From Candidatus Aegiribacteria sp. (GTDB lineage Bacteria > Fermentibacterota > Fermentibacteria > Fermentibacterales > JCC-6): 64,000 nt of DNA. The stretch lies in NCBI GenBank assembly GCA_030600545.1, contig JAUVLV010000007.1:651-64650 (forward strand), written 5' to 3'. The notes under the pieces are model-generated. The model was not told the origin of the DNA and did not search any database. It saw only the letters and a list, made by a program, of their open reading frames with translations. The translations under genes were made by a program, and so were the position numbers. Positions 19,351 to 27,751 of the stretch are shown here, in pieces. The stretch's first letter is position 1. Every line of letters begins with the position of its first letter.

Positions 19351-19973
19351 TAAGTGTCGCAAGTGAAGTCCGGCCCCGCAAGGAGTTCGATGATTTCATT
19401 GGCCATCATGGCTGCCACGATGGCGACTCTTGATGAAAGCGTACCCAGGGAAAGGTCGCTTTCCTGATCCCCTACGATCGTAAGGTTTTCCCTCCTGTCA
19501 ACTCTGATCAGATCAGTCCTTCCAAAACCTGCAATACCCGAACAGGAGAACACGGGTTTGCCGGGTAATCCCTCAAGCCAGGATTCAAGGAGCATGATCT
19601 TTGTCTTCTCGCTGTCCACAGCTTCAACGAGCACATCACAGTCCGCAAAAATGGAACAGGCGTTTTCAGAATCGATAAGTCTGTTGTGGATCTTAACTTC
19701 AGCATCGGGGTTTATTAGTATTAGATTGCGTTTCAGAGCTTCAACCTTGGGATATCCAATCTGATCTGCAAAATAGAATTGCCTGTTTAGATTGTTCAGT
19801 TCAACGGAATCGAAATCGGCGATCACGAGACTGCCAACCCCGGCACGAGTTAGTATTGCTGCTACATTCGATCCTATACCGCCAGCTCCGGTGATACCTA
19901 TTGAACTGTTGTTAAGAAGAACCGTAAGACCGGGTGGATTGTCTCGGAATGCATTAGTTTTTTCGTCAGTCAT
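19350..19973 (-). CDS. thiF: ThiF/MoeB/HesA-family E1-like adenylyltransferase (short form)
   Basis: 207 aa. Nucleotide-binding GITGAGGIGSNVA and DFDSVELNNLNRQ motifs. Confidence 0.8.
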   Translation of the reverse strand: MTDEKTNAFRDNPPGLTVLLNNSSIGITGAGGIGSNVAAILTRAGVGSLVIADFDSVELNNLNRQFYFADQIGYPKVEALKRNLILINPDAEVKIHNRLIDSENACSIFADCDVLVEAVDSEKTKIMLLESWLEGLPGKPVFSCSGIAGFGRTDLIRVDRRENLTIVGDQESDLSLGTLSSRVAIVAAMMANEIIELLAGPDFTCDT

Positions 19974-20138
19974 ATTTAAATTCTAAACAATCATTTCCCG
20001 AAGTGCCAGAGTCCTTTTGCAAGGGTTGTTTCCAGCCTCTGCAGTTTGTAACTTTCATGAGTATATTTCAATGATATTTTTATTATTACTATTATCAGAT
20101 GCTTTTTCAATTACTGGCACAAACACAGGGAGTTTTAT

Positions 20139-20948
20139 ATGGCAAGTACATACAACGCCGGTGAGATTCTTGAGAAACAGAAGGTTCTCGGTACTTTTGA
20201 GTACAGCCCCAAACCATCCATACGAGGGTATACGGGGGAAATACTCAGAGTTGATATCCATGAACCTTCCTTCAGGATCGTACCGGTATCCGAGAAAATG
20301 AAAGATGTATTCACCGGAGGAAAAGGGTTCGATCTCTGGATGATGTGGCAGGAAGTAACATCGGAAACAAAGTGGGATAGCCCCGAGAACCCCATCTGCA
20401 TAGCAGCAGGTCCCCTTGGAGGTACTCCTTCTTTTTCCGGATCCGGCAAATCTATTGTTACAACTATATCTCCTACAACCGGATCCGCGGTTGATTCCAA
20501 TGTTGGAGGACACTTCGGACCCTTGCTCAAGTTTTCAGGTTTTGACTGCCTCGTTATCACAGGAAAATCAGAAAAAGAAGTAATTGTATTCATTGATGGA
20601 ATGAATGGAAAAGTTCAGGTGATTGAATCACCGCTTCTTTCGGTGAATTCACACCTGGCCGCGGATGAGCTGGCTGAAATGTACTCCGATAATGATGATG
20701 ACAAGCGTCATATTTCTACGGTTTCCTCCGGCATCGGAGCGGAGCACGCATGGATCGGATGCCTGAATTTCTCCTGGTGGGACTGGAGAAGAAAAACAAT
20801 GAGGCTGAAACAAGCCGGAAGGGGCGGAACAGGCACCGTTTTCAGAAACAAGGGTTTGAAAGCCCTTGTGGTTAAGGCTCCACGAACAAGACCGGTATGG
20901 ACGATCTCACAGTTAGATACTGCTCCGCGGGAGGTATCAAATGATTGA
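20139..20948 (+). CDS. Aldehyde:ferredoxin oxidoreductase family, N-terminal domain (domain 1) only
   Basis: 269 aa. GGKGFDLWMMW, ICIAAGPLGG, SPTTGSAVDSNVGGHFGPLLKFSGFD and KQAGRGGTGTVFRNKGLKALVV follow AOR domain 1. The ORF stops at the domain 1/2 boundary. AGGGAG Shine-Dalgarno. Confidence 0.85.
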   Translation: MASTYNAGEILEKQKVLGTFEYSPKPSIRGYTGEILRVDIHEPSFRIVPVSEKMKDVFTGGKGFDLWMMWQEVTSETKWDSPENPICIAAGPLGGTPSFSGSGKSIVTTISPTTGSAVDSNVGGHFGPLLKFSGFDCLVITGKSEKEVIVFIDGMNGKVQVIESPLLSVNSHLAADELAEMYSDNDDDKRHISTVSSGIGAEHAWIGCLNFSWWDWRRKTMRLKQAGRGGTGTVFRNKGLKALVVKAPRTRPVWTISQLDTAPREVSND

Positions 20949-21402
20949 TATAAAAATTGTGGACGCGATCATTGAAAAATGGAATACCGATCCTGACTTC
21001 GTTATCGAAATGATGCAGGATGTTCAGGACGAATTCCGATATATCCCGAAGGAAGCGCTGGAAAGAATATCTGACAGAACCGAAAAACCAAGGGGCAAGC
21101 TGTTCCATATAGCAACTTTCTACAGTGCTTTCAGTCTTGATCAAAGAGGTGAAAAGGAAATACAGGTCTGCATGGGAACAGCGTGTTACGTTAAAGGAGC
21201 TCCGGATGTTCTTGCAGCCCTCGAAAGGGATCTTGGCATATCAAGCGGAGAAACAACACCTGATGGCAAATTCACACTTACAGAAGTCAGGTGTCTTGGC
21301 TGTTGTGGAATTGCTCCGGTGATAACGATTGGCAATGAGGTTATCGCAGAGGTCAAACCTTCACAGGTTAGCAACCTTATCTCCAGTTACTGCAAGAGCT
21401 GA
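20941..21402 (+). CDS. NuoE/HydC-like thioredoxin-fold [2Fe-2S] subunit
   Basis: 153 aa. Cys pattern VCMGTACYVKG ... RCLGCCGIAPV. 8-nt overlap with the upstream gene. Confidence 0.85.
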   Translation: MIDIKIVDAIIEKWNTDPDFVIEMMQDVQDEFRYIPKEALERISDRTEKPRGKLFHIATFYSAFSLDQRGEKEIQVCMGTACYVKGAPDVLAALERDLGISSGETTPDGKFTLTEVRCLGCCGIAPVITIGNEVIAEVKPSQVSNLISSYCKS

Positions 21403-21412
21403 GGGAGTTATC

Positions 21413-23275
21413 ATGAATACCAATGCAATAGATCAATTAAAAACTCTTCTTGAATCATCTGCAGGCGCTGCAAGTGATACGGCATTATTCCTCACGGTCC
21501 ATCTAGGTACGTGTGGAATAGCCGCTGGAGCAGGTAGAACGCTTGAGGCTGTGAAAACCTCTATTACATCCGGAAGCGTTCAGCCCATTGAACTGAGATC
21601 CAGCGGATGCGCAGGCCTTTGTAGCTGTGAGCCTATGATATCCGTCAGCAGGAATGGTGAACAAACGGTGATGTACCTTGATGTTACCGAGGACAAGGTC
21701 AATGACCTGTTAGATTGTATCAGAGGAGTAAAAACAGCTGAAGAATGTAGTTTAAAGACTATAACCCACGATGATCCCTTCTACCTCAAGCAGCAAACGG
21801 TAGTATTTGTCAATCGAGGGCTCATCGATCCGGAAAGCCTTGATGATGCTCTTGCAAGTGGTGCCTACAAAGGGCTGGCCAGCATACTTGACAATATGGA
21901 TCCCGCAGAAGTCATCACAGAAATAACTAAATCGGGACTTCGAGGAAGGGGTGGTGGTGGTTTCCCTGCCGGAGTGAAATGGTCTTCCTGCGTCAGTGCG
22001 TCTGAACGGACTGGAGGCATCCCTGTAATAATCTGTAATGCGGATGAGGGTGATCCTGGCGCATATATGGATAGATCTATTCTGGAGTCCGATCCTCATT
22101 CGATCATAGAGGGCATGGCTATCGGAGCATACGCGATCGGGGCAGAGGAGGGTTATATTTACATCAGAAAAGAATACCCCCTCGCCATGGAAATCCTTGA
22201 GAATGCAATCCAACAAGCTCGCGAGAAGAACCTTCTTGGAAAGGGTATACTCGGAACTGATTTCTCTTTTGATCTCGTCATTCATCGCGGAGCAGGAGCA
22301 TTTGTCTGTGGTGAATCATCAGCCCTCATGGTCTCAATGAGCGGTATGCCGGGTGAACCTCGAGCGAAGTACATTCATACTGTTGAATCCGGTTACAAAG
22401 GACGTCCAACAGTCCTCAACAACGTCGAGACTCTGGCTAATATTCCGAGAATTATTACAAGGGGAGCTAAATGGTTTGCATCCATAGGAACCGGAGATGT
22501 TTCCGAGAATCCGTGGAACGGTTCATCCGGAACGAAGGTCTTTTCGCTGGTCGGAGATATTAATAACGCTGGTTTAATAGAGATTCCAATGGGTATTACT
22601 CTCAGAGAAATCATCTTCGATATCGGCGGCGGAATCCCCGATGAAAAGGAATTTAAAGCAGTTCAGACCGGAGGTCCCTCCGGAGGAGTCCTCCCTGCTG
22701 AAAAGCTTGATCTTGCGGTTGATTTCGACACATTAACTGAAGCAGGCTCTATGATGGGTTCCGGCGGTATGATCGTCATGAACAATGAAACATGTATGAT
22801 CCAGATAGCAAAATACTTCGTTGATTTTCTCAAAGAAGAGTCCTGCGGCAAGTGCACACCCTGCAGGGAAGGGCTTGTCGCCCTTGGTACAATTCTGGAA
22901 AGAATAATCAACGGTGATGGCCGCAATGGTGACATCGAACTCCTCGAGGAATATGGACAGAACATGTGCGAAACCAGCCTGTGCGCGCTGGGTCAGACCG
23001 CGGCAAATCCTGTTCTCAGCACCATCGAGTATTTCCGGGATGAGTACGAAGAACACATACGACACGGAAAATGCAGAGCGCTCAAGTGCAAGGCGCTTAT
23101 TGAGTACTACATTAACGCGGAGAACTGTACAGGCTGCAATATCTGTGCCAGAAACTGCCCGGTGGACGCAATCGAGGGCAGCCTTAAGGAACCACATGTT
23201 ATAGACCAGAAGAAATGTATACGCTGCGGAGTCTGCAGAGAAGTATGCAACTTCAATGCGGTGGAGGTGCGGTAA
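21413..23275 (+). CDS. NuoF/HydB-like NAD(P)H-binding FMN Fe-S subunit with extra N-terminal [2Fe-2S] and C-terminal 2x[4Fe-4S] domains
   Basis: GLRGRGGGGFPAGVKW (FMN/NADH site). ESCGKCTPCREG (N3-type cluster). N-terminal GTCG...SGCAGLCSCEP. C-terminal CTGCNICARNCP and CIRCGVCREVC. The ATG at 21413 follows GAGGGAG; the ORF-track start at 21329 overlaps the previous gene. Confidence 0.9.
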   Translation: MNTNAIDQLKTLLESSAGAASDTALFLTVHLGTCGIAAGAGRTLEAVKTSITSGSVQPIELRSSGCAGLCSCEPMISVSRNGEQTVMYLDVTEDKVNDLLDCIRGVKTAEECSLKTITHDDPFYLKQQTVVFVNRGLIDPESLDDALASGAYKGLASILDNMDPAEVITEITKSGLRGRGGGGFPAGVKWSSCVSASERTGGIPVIICNADEGDPGAYMDRSILESDPHSIIEGMAIGAYAIGAEEGYIYIRKEYPLAMEILENAIQQAREKNLLGKGILGTDFSFDLVIHRGAGAFVCGESSALMVSMSGMPGEPRAKYIHTVESGYKGRPTVLNNVETLANIPRIITRGAKWFASIGTGDVSENPWNGSSGTKVFSLVGDINNAGLIEIPMGITLREIIFDIGGGIPDEKEFKAVQTGGPSGGVLPAEKLDLAVDFDTLTEAGSMMGSGGMIVMNNETCMIQIAKYFVDFLKEESCGKCTPCREGLVALGTILERIINGDGRNGDIELLEEYGQNMCETSLCALGQTAANPVLSTIEYFRDEYEEHIRHGKCRALKCKALIEYYINAENCTGCNICARNCPVDAIEGSLKEPHVIDQKKCIRCGVCREVCNFNAVEVR

Positions 23276-25263
23276 TGGCTGATAAAAACATGGTAACTAT
23301 TGAAATCGACGGAAATTCAGTTTCGGTTGAGAAAGACACAACCATTCTTGAAGCAGCTCAAAGTATCGATATATACATTCCTGCCCTCTGCAACAATGAA
23401 CTGGTAGAACCGTATGCGGCATGCAGGCTCTGTATTGTGGAAGTGGATGACGGAAGAAAGACAAAACTTGTTACTTCGTGCAATTATCCTGTTCGAAGAC
23501 CCATCAGTGTATACACCTCTTCAGAAAAGGTACTCAGGAACAGAAAAATCACTTTGGAGATGATGCTTTCCAGATGGCCCAATGTGCAGGTTATCAAGGA
23601 TCTCGCTAAGAATGCCGGAGTAGAAAAAGCCCGTTATCAGCACCCTGCTGTCGATCTGAATTCCAATGCCTGCATTCTATGCGGTCTCTGCATGAGAGTC
23701 TGCGAGCAGGGTATCTGGGAGAATATCATTAACTTCACCAACAGGGGCGCTGAAAGAAATGTTCGAATGCCTTACGATTCCGATCAGCCCCATTGTGTTG
23801 GATGCGGCGCCTGCGCTGAAATATGTCCCACCGGGGCAATAACCATGGCTGACGACCCCAACCAGCCCTTCGATGCCGAAATGATAAGAAAAGCCGGCAT
23901 GAGGATAACCGAGGAGATGATCAGGTACGACGAGGAGCAGTGCGATATGCGCGGTGTGGGAACCGCCCACCTTGTTGAGATAATGGATGCCTACGATCTC
24001 CTCCCTGTCATGAACTACCGATACGGAAAGCATGAAGAAACTCCGAAAATCAGCTCCGATGTCTTCAGAAAACACTTCACAAGTGGCAAACCTGACGGAT
24101 GCTGGCTCGGATGTACCATGGCCTGTGCCAAGGCTATTGAGAACTTTGAACTGAAAACCGGTCCTTACAAGGGTGAGAGAGTCCTTGTTGATGGCCCGGA
24201 GTATGAAACGCTTGGCGGTTCATCCAATATGGGAATATTCGATCCCTATTTCGTAGCCGAGTACAATTTCTACTGTGATACGTACGGACTTGATACGATA
24301 TCCTTCTCAACAGGAACATCCTTTATCATGGAATGTTACGAAGCAGGTGTTCTTGATAAGGAAAAAACAGGAGGGCTTGAACTTCCCTTCGGCGCCAAGG
24401 ACGCAGCTCTTGAACTCCTTCACCAGATAGGCCGCGGAGAAGGTTTCGGCCTTGTAGCCGGCAAGGGCATTCGTTACATGAAAAAATACTTCGTAGAGAA
24501 TTTTGGTGCCGATCCGGGTTTTGTGTTTGACATAGGCATGGAAGCCAAAGGGATGGAATACTCGGAATACGTGACCAAGGAATCCCTTGCCCAGCAGGGC
24601 GGTTACGGAATAGCCCTTAAAGGCGCCCAGCATGACGAAGCATGGCTCATCTTCATGGACATGGTCAACAAGCAGATACCAACTTTTGAAGATAAGGCGG
24701 AAGCCCTTCATTACTTCCCCATGTGGAGAACCTGGTTCGGCCTCTGCGGTCTTTGCAAGCTCCCGTGGAACGATATTGAACCTGCTGACAACGCTGAAAC
24801 CGATGAACCGGCAAAAGTTCCCGGACATGTTCAGGGGTACTGCGAGTTCTTCGAAGGTGTAACAGGAAAACCTCAGACAATGGACAGCCTGGTAAGAATG
24901 TCCGAGAAAGTCTACAACTTCCAGCGCGTGTTCAACCTGAAGATGGGCTTCGGCAGGCGCGAACATGACGCAATACCTTACAGGTCCGCTGGCCCTGTCA
25001 CAGTCGAGGAATACGAATCACGTCAGGAAAGGTACGACACTCAGCTTAAAGAAGACGCAGGTATTGATCCCACGGGAATGTCTTCCGAAGAGAAAGTAGC
25101 CCTTACGCGAAAGCACAGGGAAGCCCAGTACGAGCATCTGCTGAACGCGGTATACAAGCGCAGGGGATGGACAAATGACGGTGTTCCGACTGTCGCCAAG
25201 CTTATGGAACTCGGGGTGGATTTTCCCGATGTGATCGAGCTTGTCAAGAAGCATGGAGGATAA
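23275..25263 (+). CDS. Fusion: NuoG/HydA-N-terminal-like [2Fe-2S] + 2x[4Fe-4S] ferredoxin domains joined to AOR-family domains 2-3 (pterin/[4Fe-4S] part)
   Basis: The N-terminus IYIPALCNNELVEPYAACRLCIVEV...TSC is the C-x10-C-x2-C-x13-C pattern. Then ACILCGLCMRVCE and HCVGCGACAEICPTGA. The remainder matches AOR C-terminal domains (DGCWLGCTMACAK, VDGPEYETLG, YNFYCDTYGLDTIS). The ATG at 23275 overlaps the upstream stop (TAATG). Confidence 0.85.
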   Translation: MADKNMVTIEIDGNSVSVEKDTTILEAAQSIDIYIPALCNNELVEPYAACRLCIVEVDDGRKTKLVTSCNYPVRRPISVYTSSEKVLRNRKITLEMMLSRWPNVQVIKDLAKNAGVEKARYQHPAVDLNSNACILCGLCMRVCEQGIWENIINFTNRGAERNVRMPYDSDQPHCVGCGACAEICPTGAITMADDPNQPFDAEMIRKAGMRITEEMIRYDEEQCDMRGVGTAHLVEIMDAYDLLPVMNYRYGKHEETPKISSDVFRKHFTSGKPDGCWLGCTMACAKAIENFELKTGPYKGERVLVDGPEYETLGGSSNMGIFDPYFVAEYNFYCDTYGLDTISFSTGTSFIMECYEAGVLDKEKTGGLELPFGAKDAALELLHQIGRGEGFGLVAGKGIRYMKKYFVENFGADPGFVFDIGMEAKGMEYSEYVTKESLAQQGGYGIALKGAQHDEAWLIFMDMVNKQIPTFEDKAEALHYFPMWRTWFGLCGLCKLPWNDIEPADNAETDEPAKVPGHVQGYCEFFEGVTGKPQTMDSLVRMSEKVYNFQRVFNLKMGFGRREHDAIPYRSAGPVTVEEYESRQERYDTQLKEDAGIDPTGMSSEEKVALTRKHREAQYEHLLNAVYKRRGWTNDGVPTVAKLMELGVDFPDVIELVKKHGG

Positions 25264-25268
25264 TCGGG

Positions 25269-25291
25269 GCGGGAACTGATTGAGTTCCCGC
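25269..25291 (+). other. Perfect 9-bp intercistronic stem-loop
   Basis: GCGGGAACT-gattg-AGTTCCCGC lies in the 36-nt gap between the AOR fusion gene and the ThiS-like gene. No U-tract follows. Confidence 0.5.
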
Positions 25292-25299
25292 TTACAATC

Positions 25300-25497
25300 A
25301 TGATAGTTGTCAATGGAATAGCCCTCGACTGGCATGAAGGTAAAACCGTTCGTGATGTCATAAGGGAAATGAATTACCTCTTTCCCCTTCTTATCGCACG
25401 AATCAACGGTAAATTCATACCCAGAAACAAGTACGATTCAACAGAAATTCCCGATGAAGCTACAGTAGATATTATCCATCTGATGTCCGGCGGATAA
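25300..25497 (+). CDS. ThiS/MoaD-family ubiquitin-like sulfur-carrier protein
   Basis: 65 aa ending in the diglycine ...HLMSGG, with size and hydrophobic pattern typical of ThiS/MoaD. A ThiF-like gene lies divergently on the other side of the operon. Confidence 0.7.
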   Translation: MIVVNGIALDWHEGKTVRDVIREMNYLFPLLIARINGKFIPRNKYDSTEIPDEATVDIIHLMSGG

Positions 25498-25624
25498 ATA
25501 CAGGGTTTCAATCATCAATGCCATGTCAGATTCAAAATTGCTATGCCAGTTTTCAATTTTGTTCAAATGAGGATAACCGGGAATTCGCTTTAGCGATATT
25601 GAAGATGGAAGAAAACTCAATTTT

Positions 25625-27751
25625 TTACTGGCCCGGATTATTTTCCATATTAAGGACACTGCTTAGCTTATCGAGAAGATCAGATATGCGATATGGTTTG
25701 GAAAGGAAATCTGATATTCCGCTTCCGATGAATTGCTTTTCAACGTGCGTTTTACTATAACCGCTCGAAATTATAACAGGAATAGTGGAATCGATTTCCC
25801 TGAGCTTCGAGCATGTCTCTTTCCCGTCCATCTGTGGCATTGTCAGGTCAAGAACAACGCAGACAATCTCTGCCCGTTTCTCCTTGAACAGGTCAAGAGC
25901 TTCCTGTCCTCCAGTTGCTGTAAGCACTGAAAATCCCAGTGTTTCCAACATCTCTTTTCCTACTGAAAGAACAGTTTCAACATCATCAACAAGAAGTACG
26001 GTTCCTCTGCCAATGAGTTCGTTGTCATCCCGAAATTCCCCCGGTGCTGAATCTGAGGGACCCCAATATGCCGGGAACGCTATCTTTATTGTTGAACCCT
26101 TCCCGGGTTCGCTTGAGACTCTGATAGCACCCCCATGCCCCCTGACGATTCCTATCACAGCTGCAAGCCCCAGTCCTCTGCCGAAGAATTTTGTAGTAAA
26201 GAACGGATCAAACATGCTGGCAATTGTTTCTTTATTCATTCCGCAACCTGTATCTGTCACTTTGACGAATACATAAGTACCCTCCGGATTTCCTTGCTTG
26301 ATGTATTCTTCGGTAATCCCGGTACCGTCAAATTCCATTACACCTGAAGTAAGTTTGATGATGCCGCTCTTCTCACCAATTGCTTCCGAAGCGTTTGTGA
26401 TGAGATTCATGACTATCTGGCTGATCTGTGAGATATCGGCTCTGATTGGCGGAAGCTTTTCTGCAAGGTTGTAACTGAGAATTATGTTCTTTGATATTGA
26501 TGTCTTGAGAAGATAGGTCATTTCTTCAATAATATCGTTTAGATTCAGAATTTCAATTATAAATTTACCTTTACCTGAATACGCCAGCATCTGCCTGCTT
26601 AGGTCGGAAGCCCGCATTGCCGCTTTCTCAATTTGCATGATGTTCGCATGCGTTGAAGAAGATGGAGAAAGGCCTCTAAGGGCAAGATCAGCGTTTCCAA
26701 GAATACCAACCAGCAGATTGTTGAAGTCATGAGCAATGCCACCGGCAAGTACGCCAAGGCTCTCCAGCTTCTGGGCATGCTGAACACCCTTCTCAAATTC
26801 AAGGCGTTCCTCTTCCGCCCTTCTGCGATCCGAAATATCTCGTACAACTGACTGGAGATAGTCCTCTTCAGCGATAGACACCTTGTTCAAAGCCACCTCA
26901 GCGCAAAACGGAGTTCCATCCCATCTGCAATGAAGCCATTCAAAAAGCTGGGGTATCTCCTTGAGCGCTTCTAATGCTCTTCTTTCTCCCAAAAAACGGG
27001 ATTTTGTACCGTTAGGCTGGAGTTCGGGAGAAAAACGGTAAGGCGATTTTCCAATGATCTGCCCGCGCGTGCAACCGAACATCGCAAGAGTCACCGGATT
27101 ACAGTCCACTATTCTGTAATCCTTCATTATGAATATCGCGTCTCTTGCTGAATTGAATAAATTACGGTAGCGTTGTTCGCTTTCCCTGAGTGCGCTCTCA
27201 GCTTTTTTCCTTTCAAGTATTTCACGCATGAGCATATCATGTGAAAGACATCCTGCGAGTGATAATGCAAATTTTGAAACAACACTTCGAAGCTGGTTGA
27301 TTTCCCTTTCGCTAAAAGGCTCTTCTCGGGATACCGAATAGAGTTTGAGAACACCTATTTCATTCAGAGGAAATATCGTGAACATTCCCCTGTCCATTCC
27401 TTTTTCAGTAACCAGATCCTGAAAAGCCGCCTCAGAAGAGGCTACGCTTACAATTTCGCCGGTTCTTAGTGCCTCAAAAAGCGGACTGTTAATCGAAAGA
27501 TGAGTATCTTTAACCTTGAACTCAGGATAAGCATAAATGAGAGTAACTTCAGCAGAATCCTGTATTTGAGTCAGAAAAGCATTTCTAATCCAGATGGATA
27601 CGAATCCCAGATTTTTTCTCAGCATCAATGTATTTAGAAAACTGATGCAGTTTTCCCTCACATTGATTGAAGTACCAATTGAAAGTGACAGTTCGTATAG
27701 AAGAGAAATCTCCTGAATGATCTTTCCGGAATCAGAATTGTTCTTACTCAT
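25625..27751 (-). CDS. Soluble hybrid sensor histidine kinase (GAF-like, PAS, HisKA, HATPase_c, REC)
   Basis: H-box GGIAHDFNNLLVGILG, N/G boxes NLITNASEA, DTGCGM, GRGLGLA, receiver LLVDDVE...DLTMPQMDG. No transmembrane segment seen. Confidence 0.85.
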   Translation of the reverse strand: MSKNNSDSGKIIQEISLLYELSLSIGTSINVRENCISFLNTLMLRKNLGFVSIWIRNAFLTQIQDSAEVTLIYAYPEFKVKDTHLSINSPLFEALRTGEIVSVASSEAAFQDLVTEKGMDRGMFTIFPLNEIGVLKLYSVSREEPFSEREINQLRSVVSKFALSLAGCLSHDMLMREILERKKAESALRESEQRYRNLFNSARDAIFIMKDYRIVDCNPVTLAMFGCTRGQIIGKSPYRFSPELQPNGTKSRFLGERRALEALKEIPQLFEWLHCRWDGTPFCAEVALNKVSIAEEDYLQSVVRDISDRRRAEEERLEFEKGVQHAQKLESLGVLAGGIAHDFNNLLVGILGNADLALRGLSPSSSTHANIMQIEKAAMRASDLSRQMLAYSGKGKFIIEILNLNDIIEEMTYLLKTSISKNIILSYNLAEKLPPIRADISQISQIVMNLITNASEAIGEKSGIIKLTSGVMEFDGTGITEEYIKQGNPEGTYVFVKVTDTGCGMNKETIASMFDPFFTTKFFGRGLGLAAVIGIVRGHGGAIRVSSEPGKGSTIKIAFPAYWGPSDSAPGEFRDDNELIGRGTVLLVDDVETVLSVGKEMLETLGFSVLTATGGQEALDLFKEKRAEIVCVVLDLTMPQMDGKETCSKLREIDSTIPVIISSGYSKTHVEKQFIGSGISDFLSKPYRISDLLDKLSSVLNMENNPGQ

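Noticed and set aside
21329-21412. ORF-track N-terminal extensions (21329, 23215, 51547, 52951, 56686, 45088, 18921, 3203, 14582, 58264) that would create long overlaps with upstream genes.
   Set aside because: In each case an internal start codon with a Shine-Dalgarno gives a 1-, 4- or 8-nt overlap or a short gap, and a sensible N-terminus (signal peptide or conserved family start). The extensions are treated as artefacts of longest-ORF calling.
24307-24966. Long antisense ORFs inside well-supported genes. Examples: 24307-24966(-), 23677-24075(-) and 21752-22285(-) in the AOR/NuoF genes; 1566-2249(+) in purF; 3499-4101(+) in pyrG; 49910-50542(+) in a kinase; 38627-39115(-) in the S41 gene; 60621-61232(-) in the M20 gene; 63016-63690(+) in htrA; 20055-20593(-) in AOR-N.
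   Set aside because: Each lies opposite a gene with clear family motifs. Their translations are low-complexity or rich in Arg/Ser/Cys with no recognisable domain, and none has a convincing Shine-Dalgarno. They are treated as shadow ORFs.
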